From contig OZ024740.1 in the NCBI GenBank assembly GCA_964016885.1, positions 34,224,001 to 34,288,000 of the forward strand: 64,000 nt of DNA, read 5' to 3'. The stretch comes from Eledone cirrhosa (taxonomy: Eukaryota). The translations under genes were made by a program, and so were the position numbers. Shown in pieces: positions 63,351 to 64,000 of this stretch (within the stretch, counting starts at the first letter, position 1; every line of letters starts with the position of its first letter). A model generated the notes under the pieces. It was given only the letters and a program-made list of their open reading frames with translations. It did not search any database and was not told the origin of the DNA.

Positions 63351-64000
63351 TCAAGTGTAGCCCCCGACTCCTAGAACCTCAAGAATCTTCATTTTTGTCA
63401 AGTGTAGCCCACCGACTCCTAGAACCTCAAGAAACTTCATTTTTGTCAAGTGTAGCCACCAACTCCTAGAACCCCAAGAAAGTTCATTTTTGTCAAGTGT
63501 AGCCCCAACTCCTAGAACCTAAAGAAACTTCATTTTTGTCAAGTGTAGCACCCAACCCCTAGAACCTCAAGAAACTTCATTTTTGGCAAGTGTAGGCCCC
63601 AACTCCTAGAACCTCAAGAAACTTCACTTTTGTCAAGTGTAGCCCCCAACTCCTAGAACCTCAAGAAACTTCACCTTTGTCAAGTGTAGCTCCCAACTCC
63701 TAGAACCTAAAGAAACTTCATTTTTGTCAAGTGTAGCTCCCAACTCCTAGAACCTAAAGAAACTTCATTTTTGTCAAGTGTAGCTCCCCGACTCCTAGAA
63801 CCTCAAGAAACTTCATTTTTGGCAAGTGTAGGCCCCAACTCCTAGAACCTCAAGAAACTTCACTTTTGTCAAGTGTAGCCCCCAACTCCTAGAACCTCAA
63901 GAAACTTCATTTTTGGCAAGTGTAGCCCCAACTCCTAGAACCTCAAGAAACTTCATTTTTGTCAAGTGTAGCCCCATCTCCTAGAACCTCAAGAAACTTC

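Larger units (their letters stand above)
1..64000 (+). repeat. Tandem satellite DNA array, ~47-bp monomer (mostly 46-49 bp), running off both ends of the window
   Basis: The unit TTTTTGTCAAGTGTAG(C4-7)AACTCCTAGAACCTCAAGAAACTTCA recurs head-to-tail on every line from base 1 to 64000. I saw no unique interruption and no inverted copy. The ORF track shows the same few peptides (SSVAPQLLEPQETSFL, PRTSRNFIFVKCSP, LHLTKMKFLEVLGVGG) throughout. Confidence 0.99.

Noticed and set aside
1-64000. CRISPR-like array (constant ~36-38-bp part plus variable part)
   Set aside because: The variable part is only ~8-20 nt, C-rich, drawn from a small set of related recurring variants rather than unique spacers. 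There is no cas gene, no leader and no clear repeat hairpin.
1-64000. Bacterial promoter or RBS signals on the minus strand (TTGACA and AGGAG in each monomer; TATAGG in the TATA variant)
   Set aside because: The TTGACA to TATAGG spacing is 20 bp rather than ~17, the -10 match is poor and no gene follows. These are chance matches amplified with the repeat.
1-64000. Telomeric repeat or canonical G-quadruplex array
   Set aside because: I saw no TTAGGG/TTTAGGG-type repeat. The minus strand has only one long G-run per 47 bp, too widely spaced for a canonical intramolecular G4. An unusual long telomeric unit cannot be excluded without chromosomal context.
1-64000. Transposon, rDNA/tRNA or other unique insertion, or an inversion hidden in the array
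   Set aside because: Reading line by line, I found no non-satellite stretch and no reverse-complement monomer. The largest deviations are the 58-bp and 39-bp monomers.
1-64000. C-run length variation as pure sequencing error
   Set aside because: Run lengths are reproduced exactly between duplicated blocks (constant 5848-, 2282-, 528-, 190- and 142-bp offsets) and are linked to specific SNPs. Isolated 1-bp differences could still be errors.
1-64000. Assignment to a named satellite family or organism
   Set aside because: I do not recognise the consensus with confidence. A database search is needed.

Overview
All 64 kb of this window is one uninterrupted, head-to-tail tandem satellite DNA array. 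There are about 1,350 monomers (64,000 / ~47.4 bp), all in the same orientation. The consensus read by eye is TTTTTGTCAAGTGTAG-CCCCC-AACTCCTAGAACCTCAAGAAACTTCA (47 bp, ~43% GC, C much more common than G on the + strand, no CpG). Most monomers are 46-49 bp, and the length differences come mainly from a variable C-rich tract after GTGTAG. Rarer 39-, 53- and 58-bp variants also occur. I found no gene, RNA gene, transposon, inversion or unique sequence, and every ORF in the track is a translation of the repeat. The real structure is hierarchical: a recurring ordered string of variant monomers (an old higher-order repeat), local 2-, 3-, 4-, 5-, 7-, 8- and 11-mer higher-order repeats, near-identical kb-scale duplications (1.2-5.8 kb, possibly ~11.3 kb) and variant-defined subdomains. 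This organisation is typical of eukaryotic centromeric or heterochromatic satellite. I cannot name the organism or satellite family from the sequence alone. The most speculative functional lead is a heat-shock-element-like motif in essentially every monomer. I see no support for a novel protein-coding or CRISPR-like system.
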